Assembly: GCA_963708225.1 (NCBI GenBank)
Contig: OY970199.1
Span: forward strand, 3,724,689-3,788,688
From: an uncultured Acidobacteriaceae bacterium
Lineage (GTDB): Bacteria; Acidobacteriota; Terriglobia; Terriglobales; Acidobacteriaceae
Length of the DNA: 64,000 nucleotides
Direction: 5' to 3'
Shown here: piece by piece, positions 19,075 to 28,031 of the stretch
Numbering within the stretch: position 1 is the first letter of the stretch
Layout of the letters: every line of letters starts with the position of its first letter
Program-made: the position numbers and the translations under genes
The notes under the pieces: generated by a model
The model's input: the letters and a program-made list of their open reading frames with translations, nothing else
Databases searched by the model: none
What the model was told of the DNA's origin: nothing

Positions 19075-22000
19075 TCAACCGCGAGCTAAAGCGTGGGCGT
19101 GGCTGTGCTGAACGGTTTCTAATTGTTCTGTCAGTTCCTTCGCGAGGCAGGCAACATTGGGCTCCAGCAACATCGTCTCCTGATGTCCCGGTACTTCGCA
19201 GACTCTGAGCTTGCCATTCAGGACGTCCTTCCAACCCAGGGTTGAATCCGCCATCAATCCGGACAACTGCTTGCTCGCACGAAAAAGAATTACTGCTCCG
19301 TCGTAGGGACGCAAAACATAGTTCATGCGCGCTTTGTCGTGTTCGATCGCAAGCATTTCCAGCGTATGTGCCATGGATCTTCGTTTGCGGCGGTCATGGC
19401 CATTTCCCATCCAGTTTTCAAATGTGATGGAAGTTTTGGCGACAGCGATGTCTCGAGTGCGGATGCACCTTTCGAGGATATGGCTTCCTCCCCGATGACG
19501 AAGGTAGGCCATTTCCAGATCAACTCTCCTTTTCGTCCGATACCAAGCCCGCTGAAATATTGTTAGATCAGGGTTGAAGCGAGCATAGGCGGGGTTAATG
19601 GTTTGAATCATCGCGACCAACCCGACTTCCTGCCCTAGCGCGGAAAGTTGCCGTGCAGCCTCAAGAGCGAGCAGACCGCCGAGACAATAACCGCCAAGAA
19701 AATATGGTCCCTCAGGCTGGAGACTGCGCACCTCGGCGAGATGAGCTTCTACCATTTCCTCGAAAGACTGATCTTTGACAATGTCGCCATTGAGCCCGCG
19801 AGCTTGCAGAGCGTAAACAGGCTGATCCGGGCCCAGGTGCTCTGCCAGGGGATAATATTCCAAGACATTTCCGCCATGGCTGTGCATAAGGAACAGAGGC
19901 GGCTTCGATCCACCGGCCCGTATCGGTACCAGAGACGACCAGGAAGGCGTCCAATCTTCTTTTCGCAGTTCGTCCGCCAGTTGAGCGATTGTAGGCGCTT
20001 GCAGAAAGGTGGCCAGTGGCAAGCTTCGTTCGAGGTGCTTCTCGATTTCGGCAGTAATGCGAACCGCCAAAAGGGAGTGGCCGCCTAAATCGAAGAAATT
20101 GTCGTGAATGCCGATCTTTTTCACCCTCAAAATCTTGGCCCATATTTGGGACAGCGTTTGCTCCAGCGGATCGCGAGGAGAAGCGAATGTTTCCGCATCG
20201 TCGGGTCTTATGAGGTCTGGAATCGGTAAAGATTTTCGATCAATTTTTCCATTTGGCGTCAGTGGCAACTTCTCAACCACTACAAAGAAGGGCGGCACCA
20301 TGTGAGGCGGGAGTTTTTCCCGCAGGAAACTGCGCAACGCATCGGTAGTTGGAGTTGGAGCCGGCGACGGATCTGGAACGATGTAGGCGACGAGGCGTTT
20401 CTCTCCGGGGGCATCTTCTCGAGCCAGCACCACCGCTTTTTGTACTCCGGGGTACTGACCCAGCACGGCCTCGATCTCCCCTAACTCGATGCGAAAGCCG
20501 CGGATTTTCACTTGATAGTCATTGCGGCCCAGGCATTCGATGGTGCCATCTGGCAGGTAACGGGCCAGGTCGCCGGTCTTATAGATACGGGATTCCGGAT
20601 CGTCGCTGAAGGGATGCCGAATAAACTTTTCGGCGGTCAGTTCGGGACGGTTAAGGTATCCGCGAGCCAGGCCGTCACCACCGATGTGGAGTTCTCCGGG
20701 CACGCCTGCCGGCACGGGCTGAAGGTTGCGGTCGAGGATATAGATCTGGGTGTTGGCGATCGGACGACCGATGAGTACGGGGCCGGCATCCGATTTAACC
20801 TTGTGAGCGGCTGACCAGATGGTGGTTTCGGTGGGTCCGTAAAGGTTCCAAAGGGAGGCGCTCCGGATGAGTAGTTGATTCGCCAGCTCCCGATCCAGAG
20901 CCTCGCCGCCGCAGAGTATTTGAAGTTGAGGGCTGCCCGTCCAACCGGCTTCCAACAGCAATCTCCACGTAGCTGGAGTTGCTTGCATCACGGTGGCGCT
21001 CGAACTTGCTAGATGTTTGGATAACTGCGCCCCGTCGGCGGCCACCTCGCGGCTGACGAGCACCAAGCGCGCGCCGACGATAAGCGGCAGGAAAATTTCC
21101 AGCGCAGCGATGTCAAACGATAAGGTGGTTACCGAGAGCAGTACGTCACGGTCGGTGAGTCCAGGTTCCCGCCGCATGGAATTCAGGAAGTTGTGGACCG
21201 CACGATGCGGAATCTGAACTCCCTTGGACCTGCCTGTCGAACCCGACGTGTAGATGACGTACGCCAGGTTGTCGGCCGTGGTGCTGGTGATGGGATTCGC
21301 ATCGCTGTTTCGTGCAATCTGTTGCTGGTCGGCGTCGAGGCGGACCATTTTGAGCCCTGCCCTGATCCCGTGCTCGGGCAGCCCGGCGATCGCTCCGTCT
21401 CGTGTGACCAGTACTTTTACCTGAGCATCTTCGAGCATGAAGGCCAATCGATCTTTCGGATATGCCGGATCGAGTGGCACATAGGCCGCGCCGGCCTTGA
21501 GGATGCCCAAGAGCGCAACGACCATATCCGGCGAACGCTCCATGCAGATGCCGATCAGCATGTCCGGTCCAGCGCCCAGCGTCAGCAGGTGGTGAGCCAA
21601 GCGATTGGCCTGTTGATTCAGTTCGCGGTAAGTGAGTTGCTTGTCAGCGAACTCGATTGCGACAGCGGAAGGCGTGCGCTCTACCTGCGCTTCAAACAGT
21701 TGGTGCAGTAATAAGTCTTTCGCGTAATCGACGCGCGTGTCATTCCATCCCACCGAAATCTGATGACGCTCTTGCGCGCCCAAGAGTGGCAATTCTGAAA
21801 GCCGCTGGCTTGGATCGCTGACAATTCCGTCAAGCAAAACTTCAAGATGCCGGAGCATTCGCTCGATACGATCGGAATGGAACAAGTCAGTGTTGTACTC
21901 ACATGTCAAGCTCAGTTCGCCGGTTTCGTCGAGGGCGAACAATGTCAGTTCAAACTTGGATGTGCCGCTGTCGAGAATGGTCCGCCGATGTTGTAGGCCG

Positions 22001-23235
22001 GAAAGTTGCAAAGGCTGCATTGGCGTGTTGAGCATCGACAACATCACCTGGAACATCGGACTGCGGCTGGCATCACGCTTGGGATTCAGGATCTCAACCA
22101 GCTTTTCGAACGGCATGTCCTGATGCTTGAAAGCGCCAAGAGCAGTTTCATGCACACGACGCAACAACTGGAGGAAGGTTGGATCACCAGACAGATCGGT
22201 ACGCATGACCAGGGTGTTTACAAAGAATCCGATAAGCTCCTCGACCTCGGCTCGATTCCGGCCCGCGATGGGCGCTCCAACCAGGATGTCCTCTCCTCCC
22301 GTGTACCGGTGCAGCAGAACATTGAAGGCTGCCAGCAGGGTTGCAAACAGAGTGACGCCTTCACGCTGGCTCAAGGTCTTCAAGGCCTCAGTTAGCCTCT
22401 TGGAAAGTGCCAAAGAGACGAATGATCCACTGGAGGTCTTGACGGCCGGGCGTGGTCGATCGGTTGGCAGTTCCAGCGGAGGCAGTTCACCACTCAGCTT
22501 TTTCCGCCAATAGGCGAGGTCTTCCTGGCGATTGTCGCTCCGGAGCTGGGGTCGTTGCTCGGCGCAGTCGATGTACTGGAGAAGCAACTCCGGCAGCGGC
22601 GAGGCTTCTCCGCGACGAAAAGCTTCGTAGAGCGCTGCCAACTCTCGCTCGAAAACTCCGAACGACCACCAGTCGAAGGCAATGTGGTGGATGTTGAGCA
22701 GCAGCACATGCTCATCCGGCGCCAACTTCAGAAGGCGGGCTCTTATCAGAGGCGCGATTTCGAGATCGAACGGCAGCTTCGCGTCGTCACCGGCTAAGTC
22801 TGCCACTTTTCGCTCACGGGCTGCTTGCGGTAAACCTCGAAGGTCCGTTTGCAAGTCGACAACCGATAGTTGGAACGATTCCGGCGGGGCGATCTTTTGG
22901 ACAGGATTTCCGTCAATTCTCAGGTAACTGGTGCGCAATACCTCGTGCCGCCGCACGATTTCATTCAGGCTCCGCTCGAAGGCGACGAGATCGAACGGCC
23001 CTTTGAAGTCGTGCCGGACAGGGATGTTGTAGGCAGCACTGCCAGGCTCCAGGCGATCGAACAACCACAGCCGCATCTGCGCGGAGGACAGCGGCATTGT
23101 GCTGCCGCGCGGGACAGGTTTTAGGACACGCGCCTGTGGGACTCCTTCTTCCTCGAGAAGATTGGCCAGGAGGGCGAGCTTCTGCGCGGAAAACCCACGG
23201 TCCTTGGTCGAGTCCTTGATCGAGTCCCTACTCAT
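19075..23235 (-). CDS. Single-module non-ribosomal peptide synthetase, C-A-T-TE, with an A domain predicted to activate glycine
   Basis: C domain: 'SSAQMRLWLF' and 'HHIAFDWWS'. A domain: 'LAYVIYTSGSTGRSKGV', 'FDIAALE', 'NLYGPTETT', 'YKTGDLARYLPDGTIECLGRNDYQVKIRGFRIELGEIE' and 'PNGKIDR'. T domain: 'FFDLGGHSLLAVR'. TE: 'LFLMHSHGGNV' and 'GGYCLGG'. The hand-extracted specificity code D-I-L-Q-L-G-L-I-W-K equals the canonical Gly code. Confidence 0.95.
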   Translation of the reverse strand: MSRDSIKDSTKDRGFSAQKLALLANLLEEEGVPQARVLKPVPRGSTMPLSSAQMRLWLFDRLEPGSAAYNIPVRHDFKGPFDLVAFERSLNEIVRRHEVLRTSYLRIDGNPVQKIAPPESFQLSVVDLQTDLRGLPQAARERKVADLAGDDAKLPFDLEIAPLIRARLLKLAPDEHVLLLNIHHIAFDWWSFGVFERELAALYEAFRRGEASPLPELLLQYIDCAEQRPQLRSDNRQEDLAYWRKKLSGELPPLELPTDRPRPAVKTSSGSFVSLALSKRLTEALKTLSQREGVTLFATLLAAFNVLLHRYTGGEDILVGAPIAGRNRAEVEELIGFFVNTLVMRTDLSGDPTFLQLLRRVHETALGAFKHQDMPFEKLVEILNPKRDASRSPMFQVMLSMLNTPMQPLQLSGLQHRRTILDSGTSKFELTLFALDETGELSLTCEYNTDLFHSDRIERMLRHLEVLLDGIVSDPSQRLSELPLLGAQERHQISVGWNDTRVDYAKDLLLHQLFEAQVERTPSAVAIEFADKQLTYRELNQQANRLAHHLLTLGAGPDMLIGICMERSPDMVVALLGILKAGAAYVPLDPAYPKDRLAFMLEDAQVKVLVTRDGAIAGLPEHGIRAGLKMVRLDADQQQIARNSDANPITSTTADNLAYVIYTSGSTGRSKGVQIPHRAVHNFLNSMRREPGLTDRDVLLSVTTLSFDIAALEIFLPLIVGARLVLVSREVAADGAQLSKHLASSSATVMQATPATWRLLLEAGWTGSPQLQILCGGEALDRELANQLLIRSASLWNLYGPTETTIWSAAHKVKSDAGPVLIGRPIANTQIYILDRNLQPVPAGVPGELHIGGDGLARGYLNRPELTAEKFIRHPFSDDPESRIYKTGDLARYLPDGTIECLGRNDYQVKIRGFRIELGEIEAVLGQYPGVQKAVVLAREDAPGEKRLVAYIVPDPSPAPTPTTDALRSFLREKLPPHMVPPFFVVVEKLPLTPNGKIDRKSLPIPDLIRPDDAETFASPRDPLEQTLSQIWAKILRVKKIGIHDNFFDLGGHSLLAVRITAEIEKHLERSLPLATFLQAPTIAQLADELRKEDWTPSWSSLVPIRAGGSKPPLFLMHSHGGNVLEYYPLAEHLGPDQPVYALQARGLNGDIVKDQSFEEMVEAHLAEVRSLQPEGPYFLGGYCLGGLLALEAARQLSALGQEVGLVAMIQTINPAYARFNPDLTIFQRAWYRTKRRVDLEMAYLRHRGGSHILERCIRTRDIAVAKTSITFENWMGNGHDRRKRRSMAHTLEMLAIEHDKARMNYVLRPYDGAVILFRASKQLSGLMADSTLGWKDVLNGKLRVCEVPGHQETMLLEPNVACLAKELTEQLETVQHSHAHALARG

Positions 23236-23254
23236 GACCTTCCCACACCAATTC

Positions 23255-23671
23255 TCATCGTGAATGCAGACTACGAGCGACTTCTTCTTCGGTCATGCCT
23301 TCGATTCGCTTCAAGACGATGGCGGTTTTTTCAGCCAGGCCAGGTTGTGCTTCATTCGCGATTATGTATTGTGCAAGCTTTTCGATGGTGGGGGCATCGA
23401 ATAAAACAATTAAAGGCAAATCCATCCGGAACACCTCCCGCAATCGGGAGACGATTTGCGTGGCGAGAACGGAATCGCCACCTAATTCAAAGAAATCATC
23501 TTCGATACCGATTTTCTCGATGCCGAGAATGCGTGTCCACACGGACAACAGAACTTCCTGCAACGTAGTCTGAAATGGGACGTAAGCATTGGGCAGATCC
23601 GGGCGCGAGTGGCCAGCGGATACCGCTTCAGCATTCAGATCATTGGGATCGAGATGCTTTTGACTAGTCAT
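23255..23671 (-). CDS. Free-standing peptidyl carrier protein
   Basis: 'LGIEKIGIEDDFFELGGDSVLATQIVSRL' is a PCP-type attachment site. The ATG at 23671 has a GGAG SD 9 nt upstream, whereas the track ORF extends to a TTG at 23764. The stop is 19 nt upstream of the NRPS start. Confidence 0.8.
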   Translation of the reverse strand: MTSQKHLDPNDLNAEAVSAGHSRPDLPNAYVPFQTTLQEVLLSVWTRILGIEKIGIEDDFFELGGDSVLATQIVSRLREVFRMDLPLIVLFDAPTIEKLAQYIIANEAQPGLAEKTAIVLKRIEGMTEEEVARSLHSR

Positions 23672-23877
23672 TCCCAATAGTTCTCCACTTCGACTTCCGA
23701 TGCCTGCGTTCGCTCTTTGGAGACTCGGCGAACCGCAATTTTCGGTAGACGATTGAACGGCCAATCTCTCCGGTTAGGCATTGCAAATACAGGACTTAAT
23801 ACGGGATGCCTAAGCATACACCGTGGCCTCGAAGTCGCGCCTTTGCCAGTCTAGCGCGAGCGTTTCGCTAACCACCC

Positions 23878-25350
23878 TCATTTCCCGCGGTCGGCGTGAC
23901 CGGCGTAACCAAAGATTGCCTTCAATTCAAGGAATTCTTCGAGCCCCGCCTCGCCCCATTCTCTCCCGTTCCCGGACTGTTTATAACCTCCAAAAGAACC
24001 AGTGAAATCCACTCGCGCGCCATTGATATGGACGTTACCTGATCGGATGCGCTTCGCTACCCGGGCCGCTCGCTCCCTGTCACCCGATGTTACAAAACCC
24101 GACAACCCATAAGGAGTATCGTTCGCTATTCGCACTGCATCTTCTTCATTTTCATAAGGAATGATGCAAAGAACAGGTCCGAAGATTTCCTCACGCGCAA
24201 CGGTCATTTCATTGCGCACATCGACAAAAACGGTTGGCTTCACGAAGTAGCCTTTGGTGAGCCCGTCGGGACGCCCCAGCCCTCCGGCAACCAGGGTGGC
24301 CCCTTCTTCGATACCCAGTTTGATGAGACCCTGCACCTTGTCGAATTGGGATTTACTGACGAGCGGCCCGATGCTAACGCTTTCGTTGAATGGGTCACCC
24401 ACCGTGGTCGCGTCGGCAGCCATTTTCGCCACTCGGCTCACCTCAGCCATTCTTGACTTAGGAACCAGCATCCGCGTGGGGGCATTGCACGACTGCCCGG
24501 TGTTGCGGAAGCATTCCTGAACGCCCTGGGTGACTGCTTTTTCAAAATCCGCGTCGTCGAGAATTATGTTGGCCGACTTGCCACCAAGTTCCTGCGTTAC
24601 GCGTTTCACACTGGGGGCAGAGGCAACAGCTACGGCGACACCGGCGCGCGTGGATCCGGTGAAGGAGACCATCGCGACATCCGCATGCGACGCGATCGCT
24701 GCTCCAACTGTGGGCCCATCTCCATTTACCAGGTTGAAAACACCTGGCGGCACGCCAGCTTCATGCAGGATCTGGGTAAACAAATAAGCGGAAAGAGGGG
24801 CGATTTCACTAGGCTTTAGAACCATGGTGCATCCTGCCGCCAGCGCAGGCGCTACTTTGCAGACGATCTGGTTCATCGGCCAATTCCAGGGAGTGATGAG
24901 TCCACACACGCCAATGGGTTCTTTTCGCATGAGGGTGGATCCCTTCAGCTCCTCGAACTTAAAGCTGCCCAGAACCTTCACGATTTCCAATAAGTGCGCC
25001 AGTCCCGCCGGAGCCTGCGCCTTCTGCGACAGCGACACTGGAGCGCCCATTTCGCGCGAAATAGTTTCGGCCATCTCGTTCATCTTGGCTTTGTAGATAT
25101 CGATGATCCGTCCTAGAAGCGCCAAGCGCTCCTCAAGACTTGTCTCAGAATACGATTCGAATGCGCGTTTGGCTGCGGCTACCGCCCGGTCAACATCCGC
25201 GGCACCGCCAAGGGAGATCGTTGCGATGGTTTCCTCGGTGGCGGGATTGATCACGGCAAAGTCGTGCGGGTGAGCCGGTTCGACCCATTTTCCATCAATG
25301 TAGAATTTTCGGCAGTCCTGCATAAGCTCCTTGACGTCTGTCGTCAACAA
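23878..25350 (-). CDS. NAD(P)+-dependent aldehyde dehydrogenase
   Basis: 'FYIDGKWVEP', 'PWNWP', the catalytic Glu motif 'ELGGKSA' and the catalytic Cys motif 'FRNTGQSCNA'. The start is uncertain (TTG 25350 or ATG 25323). Confidence 0.9.
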   Translation of the reverse strand: MLTTDVKELMQDCRKFYIDGKWVEPAHPHDFAVINPATEETIATISLGGAADVDRAVAAAKRAFESYSETSLEERLALLGRIIDIYKAKMNEMAETISREMGAPVSLSQKAQAPAGLAHLLEIVKVLGSFKFEELKGSTLMRKEPIGVCGLITPWNWPMNQIVCKVAPALAAGCTMVLKPSEIAPLSAYLFTQILHEAGVPPGVFNLVNGDGPTVGAAIASHADVAMVSFTGSTRAGVAVAVASAPSVKRVTQELGGKSANIILDDADFEKAVTQGVQECFRNTGQSCNAPTRMLVPKSRMAEVSRVAKMAADATTVGDPFNESVSIGPLVSKSQFDKVQGLIKLGIEEGATLVAGGLGRPDGLTKGYFVKPTVFVDVRNEMTVAREEIFGPVLCIIPYENEEDAVRIANDTPYGLSGFVTSGDRERAARVAKRIRSGNVHINGARVDFTGSFGGYKQSGNGREWGEAGLEEFLELKAIFGYAGHADRGK

Positions 25351-25370
25351 TAGTGATTCAATAATAATGA

Positions 25371-26543
25371 TTAACGGTTCGCGACCGACACTACCGGATT
25401 CGGTGAGCGTTCACCTTCCGTTAGTGCGAGGACCGCGTAAGCCGTAGCCGCATCGGTCATGAACCGTCCGATGTCGGAAGACGGGTTTCTTCTCTTATTC
25501 AGAGAGGAGGCGGCCCAGAAACCCTGCTTCGTGTTCTGATTGCTCATAAGCCAGGACAGGCCGCGTTTAACCTGCATGTTGTCGGACTTCACGCCTGCCT
25601 CTTGCAGAGCAAGCGTGATGAGGCCGGTTGCGGCACCGTCACTTTTTCCGTCACCCCTAAACCAGGCATTAAGAAACGAGTGAATCCCTGAATCTCGGGG
25701 CGTCGATGAAATGGAAGACAAACTCCAGCCGCCATCTGCCTGCTGCTTGCTTAGGATTTCAGAAATGATAGCTTGCTGCCGATCCGGTGTGATAATTCCG
25801 GGTAATTTGGCGGAAGCCCAGAGCAGAAAGACTCGATTAATAGTCGATTGCGCAGAACTCTCGCGGTTCAGATACTCGCGCAAAAGCGCCAGGTTATTCT
25901 GAATCTCGGCGCTCGACCTGTAATTTTCAGGAGCGATTCCTACTGCGATGGCAGCCAGAGTCGCGCCATAATATGCAGAATCCTTCGCCTCCCAAGGCTC
26001 CAAATTGAATTGTAGCCATGGCCACGATCCCTTATTGTCGCCTGTCTTTTGCTGGAGCGCCCACATATTGGTGAGTGCCGTCCGCGTGTCTTCGCTGAGA
26101 TGCCCTCGCGGAGCATCGTAGCTGGCGAGCACTAAAGCATTCAGGACGGCCTCGGTCCCACGCGACTCAAACGTTTTGTAAGCGCCAACTTTGTCGCTAT
26201 AGTACGGGCCTACATCCGTTCTTAGCCTTACGCGCTTAATGACATTATCGATCACTTTGCGTTCGTTGACTGAGAGAGTCTGCTCGGCGAGCGCGTTGCG
26301 GAGGGCAGGTCGGGCCAGAACATACGGCAAAGCGGTGTGACAGGATACGCAGACCGTGTCATGATCCCGGGCCGATCCGTTCCATTGCATCCACCAGGCG
26401 GCCCTGTAATCGAGGTAGGCGGCTGCGGCCTTCGGATCCCAACGGTCCGAGACTTTTGTTGCGGGATGCGAACAAGCGATCAGTCCCGCGGCCATGAGGA
26501 GCACGGGTAATCCGATCCATGGAATTGGAATCACTGGTTTCAT
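25371..26543 (-). CDS. Putative lipoprotein with one CxxCH motif and terpene-cyclase/prenyltransferase-like (alpha/alpha-toroid) repeats
   Basis: Signal peptide plus lipobox 'LLMAAGLIAC'. 'DTVCVSCHTALPY' is a CxxCH motif. Repeats such as 'QQKTGDNKGSWPW', 'KQQADGGWS' and 'SNQNTKQGFW' resemble squalene-cyclase/prenyltransferase QW-type repeats. The gene ends 20 nt upstream of the ALDH gene. Confidence 0.65.
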   Translation of the reverse strand: MKPVIPIPWIGLPVLLMAAGLIACSHPATKVSDRWDPKAAAAYLDYRAAWWMQWNGSARDHDTVCVSCHTALPYVLARPALRNALAEQTLSVNERKVIDNVIKRVRLRTDVGPYYSDKVGAYKTFESRGTEAVLNALVLASYDAPRGHLSEDTRTALTNMWALQQKTGDNKGSWPWLQFNLEPWEAKDSAYYGATLAAIAVGIAPENYRSSAEIQNNLALLREYLNRESSAQSTINRVFLLWASAKLPGIITPDRQQAIISEILSKQQADGGWSLSSISSTPRDSGIHSFLNAWFRGDGKSDGAATGLITLALQEAGVKSDNMQVKRGLSWLMSNQNTKQGFWAASSLNKRRNPSSDIGRFMTDAATAYAVLALTEGERSPNPVVSVANR

Positions 26544-26836
26544 CTTTAAAATTGCTGTAGTCGCGGTCGAACAGCGATCCTATAAAGACGATACGAATAG
26601 GAAAGGGGGGATAACGATCGTGCTACGTCATCGATCGTTCAAAAACTAAAATAATTATACCGAAAATCGGGTAGTCCAGAGCGCACGCGCTGATTCTGGT
26701 GTGCCCTAATTTTAGATTGTGCCACCACTTCAACTTTACGCGGCTTTGAGCAAGTTTTGCTGCTTCGTTGCGTCATCGTCCGGACTGAATATGCTTAATC
26801 GATGGACGGTGATAGGGTAGAGGTCCTTCGACTGCG

Positions 26837-26865
26837 CCGAGTCATGCGCTTCGCTTATGACTCGG
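26837..26865. repeat. Intergenic perfect hairpin (9-bp stem, 11-nt loop); possible REP-like element
   Basis: CCGAGTCAT (26837-26845) pairs with ATGACTCGG (26857-26865). The hairpin is embedded in '...ttcgactgcgccgagtcatgcgcttcgcttatgactcggcttcgctcaggaagac', inside a 405-bp non-coding gap. Confidence 0.4.
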
Positions 26866-26948
26866 CTTCGCTCAGGAAGACATGGCGATCTTATTTGGGA
26901 CACTAGTCCGATTCTTCAGTGCGGGCAGCATTTGGCACGTGAACCGAG

Positions 26949-27836
26949 TCAGTCGTGCTGGCTGGGACCGTGCCGCCGGAAGTTATAACCAATCGTAATC
27001 ATCCGCTGTAAAGCTTGCCTGCCTACGAGAACAAACCAAGCTGCTCGTCCGATCGAACCCTCGCCGGAAGTCTTCCACATTGACCTTAGCAGTCTAAGAC
27101 GTTCGCTGTGAGTCACCCGAATCGTGACTCCCTTGGAAGCGATAGCTTCATACGTCTGGCCCTCCAGATAAGCGGAGCGAATGTCTTTCCGAATGCATTG
27201 CGTCAAAGACAATGAGATCGCGTGTTGAACGATTGCGTCGCTCACAAATAAAGGAAGCTCTCCGCGCTGCATCAGATTAGCTAACAGAAGCGTGTCCTCG
27301 CCTCGAAGCGCGGCAGGATCGAACAGGCCGGCCTCACTGTCGGCCCGTGCGCGTCGAATGGCGAATCCAGCGGTGTTCAGGTATCGAATGCGTCCATCGG
27401 GCTGAAGAGTGTGTTCTTGAAAAGTGATTAGCCGTAGTTCCTCCGCCCTGCCCACTGCAGTGGAGTGTTCCCCGGCGAGCCGTAACTGGAAGAAATCGTG
27501 TTGAGGCGAACGAGTGATCGTTGCGCTCAGGGCGGCTAGACAGTTTGACTGGAGTCTGCAATCGGCGTCCACGAATAGCAGTACGGATCCGTCGGATGTC
27601 CGAATCCCGAGATTTCTGGCAGCGGAGATTCCCGCATGCGGTTGCCTGACGATGGTAAGAGGAAATGAGTTTCCCCATTGCCGGATCATTTCGGGCGCCG
27701 GATTGTCGCTGCCGTCGTCGACTACAACAGCTTCAAATGCTGGTCCCTCCACTTGTTGCGCGATGGAACGCAAACAAGCATCAAGCGCGATCCAGTCGTT
27801 ATAGGCCGGGATGACGATGGTGAAGAACGGAATCAT
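26949..27836 (-). CDS. Family-2 glycosyltransferase
   Basis: 'FTIVIPAYNDW...AVVVDDGSDN...ISAARNLGIRTSDGSVLLFVDADC' is the GT-A DxD fold. ATG 27836 (MIPFFTIVIP) is preferred; the track ORF extends to 27956. Confidence 0.8.
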   Translation of the reverse strand: MIPFFTIVIPAYNDWIALDACLRSIAQQVEGPAFEAVVVDDGSDNPAPEMIRQWGNSFPLTIVRQPHAGISAARNLGIRTSDGSVLLFVDADCRLQSNCLAALSATITRSPQHDFFQLRLAGEHSTAVGRAEELRLITFQEHTLQPDGRIRYLNTAGFAIRRARADSEAGLFDPAALRGEDTLLLANLMQRGELPLFVSDAIVQHAISLSLTQCIRKDIRSAYLEGQTYEAIASKGVTIRVTHSERLRLLRSMWKTSGEGSIGRAAWFVLVGRQALQRMITIGYNFRRHGPSQHD

Positions 27837-28031
27837 ATTTTGATCAACGTTCTGATCGGCAGGCACTCGCTGGTTTTCGCTCGCGGAGCCGTAAGCCACG
27901 ATGAACTTTAGGATGGCACACCCCATCCTGAAATCACAGTTCAATCCGGGTGACATCGGTCATCTCGGTCCAAGTTGCTGACGATCTACAATGTGAGGGT
28001 AGTAACTTTAGGGACGCTGCATTAGGGAGAC

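Noticed and set aside
23774-23813. 8-bp inverted repeat TTAGGCAT...ATGCCTAA between the ALDH and carrier-protein genes
   Set aside because: The loop is 24 nt, the stem is AT-rich and there is no T-run. A structure or operator is not supported beyond chance.
26933-26948. A TGGCAC hexamer resembling a sigma54 -24 element
   Set aside because: There is no GC dinucleotide at the -12 spacing (the sequence reads TGGCACGTGAACCGAG), and no downstream plus-strand gene within 1 kb.
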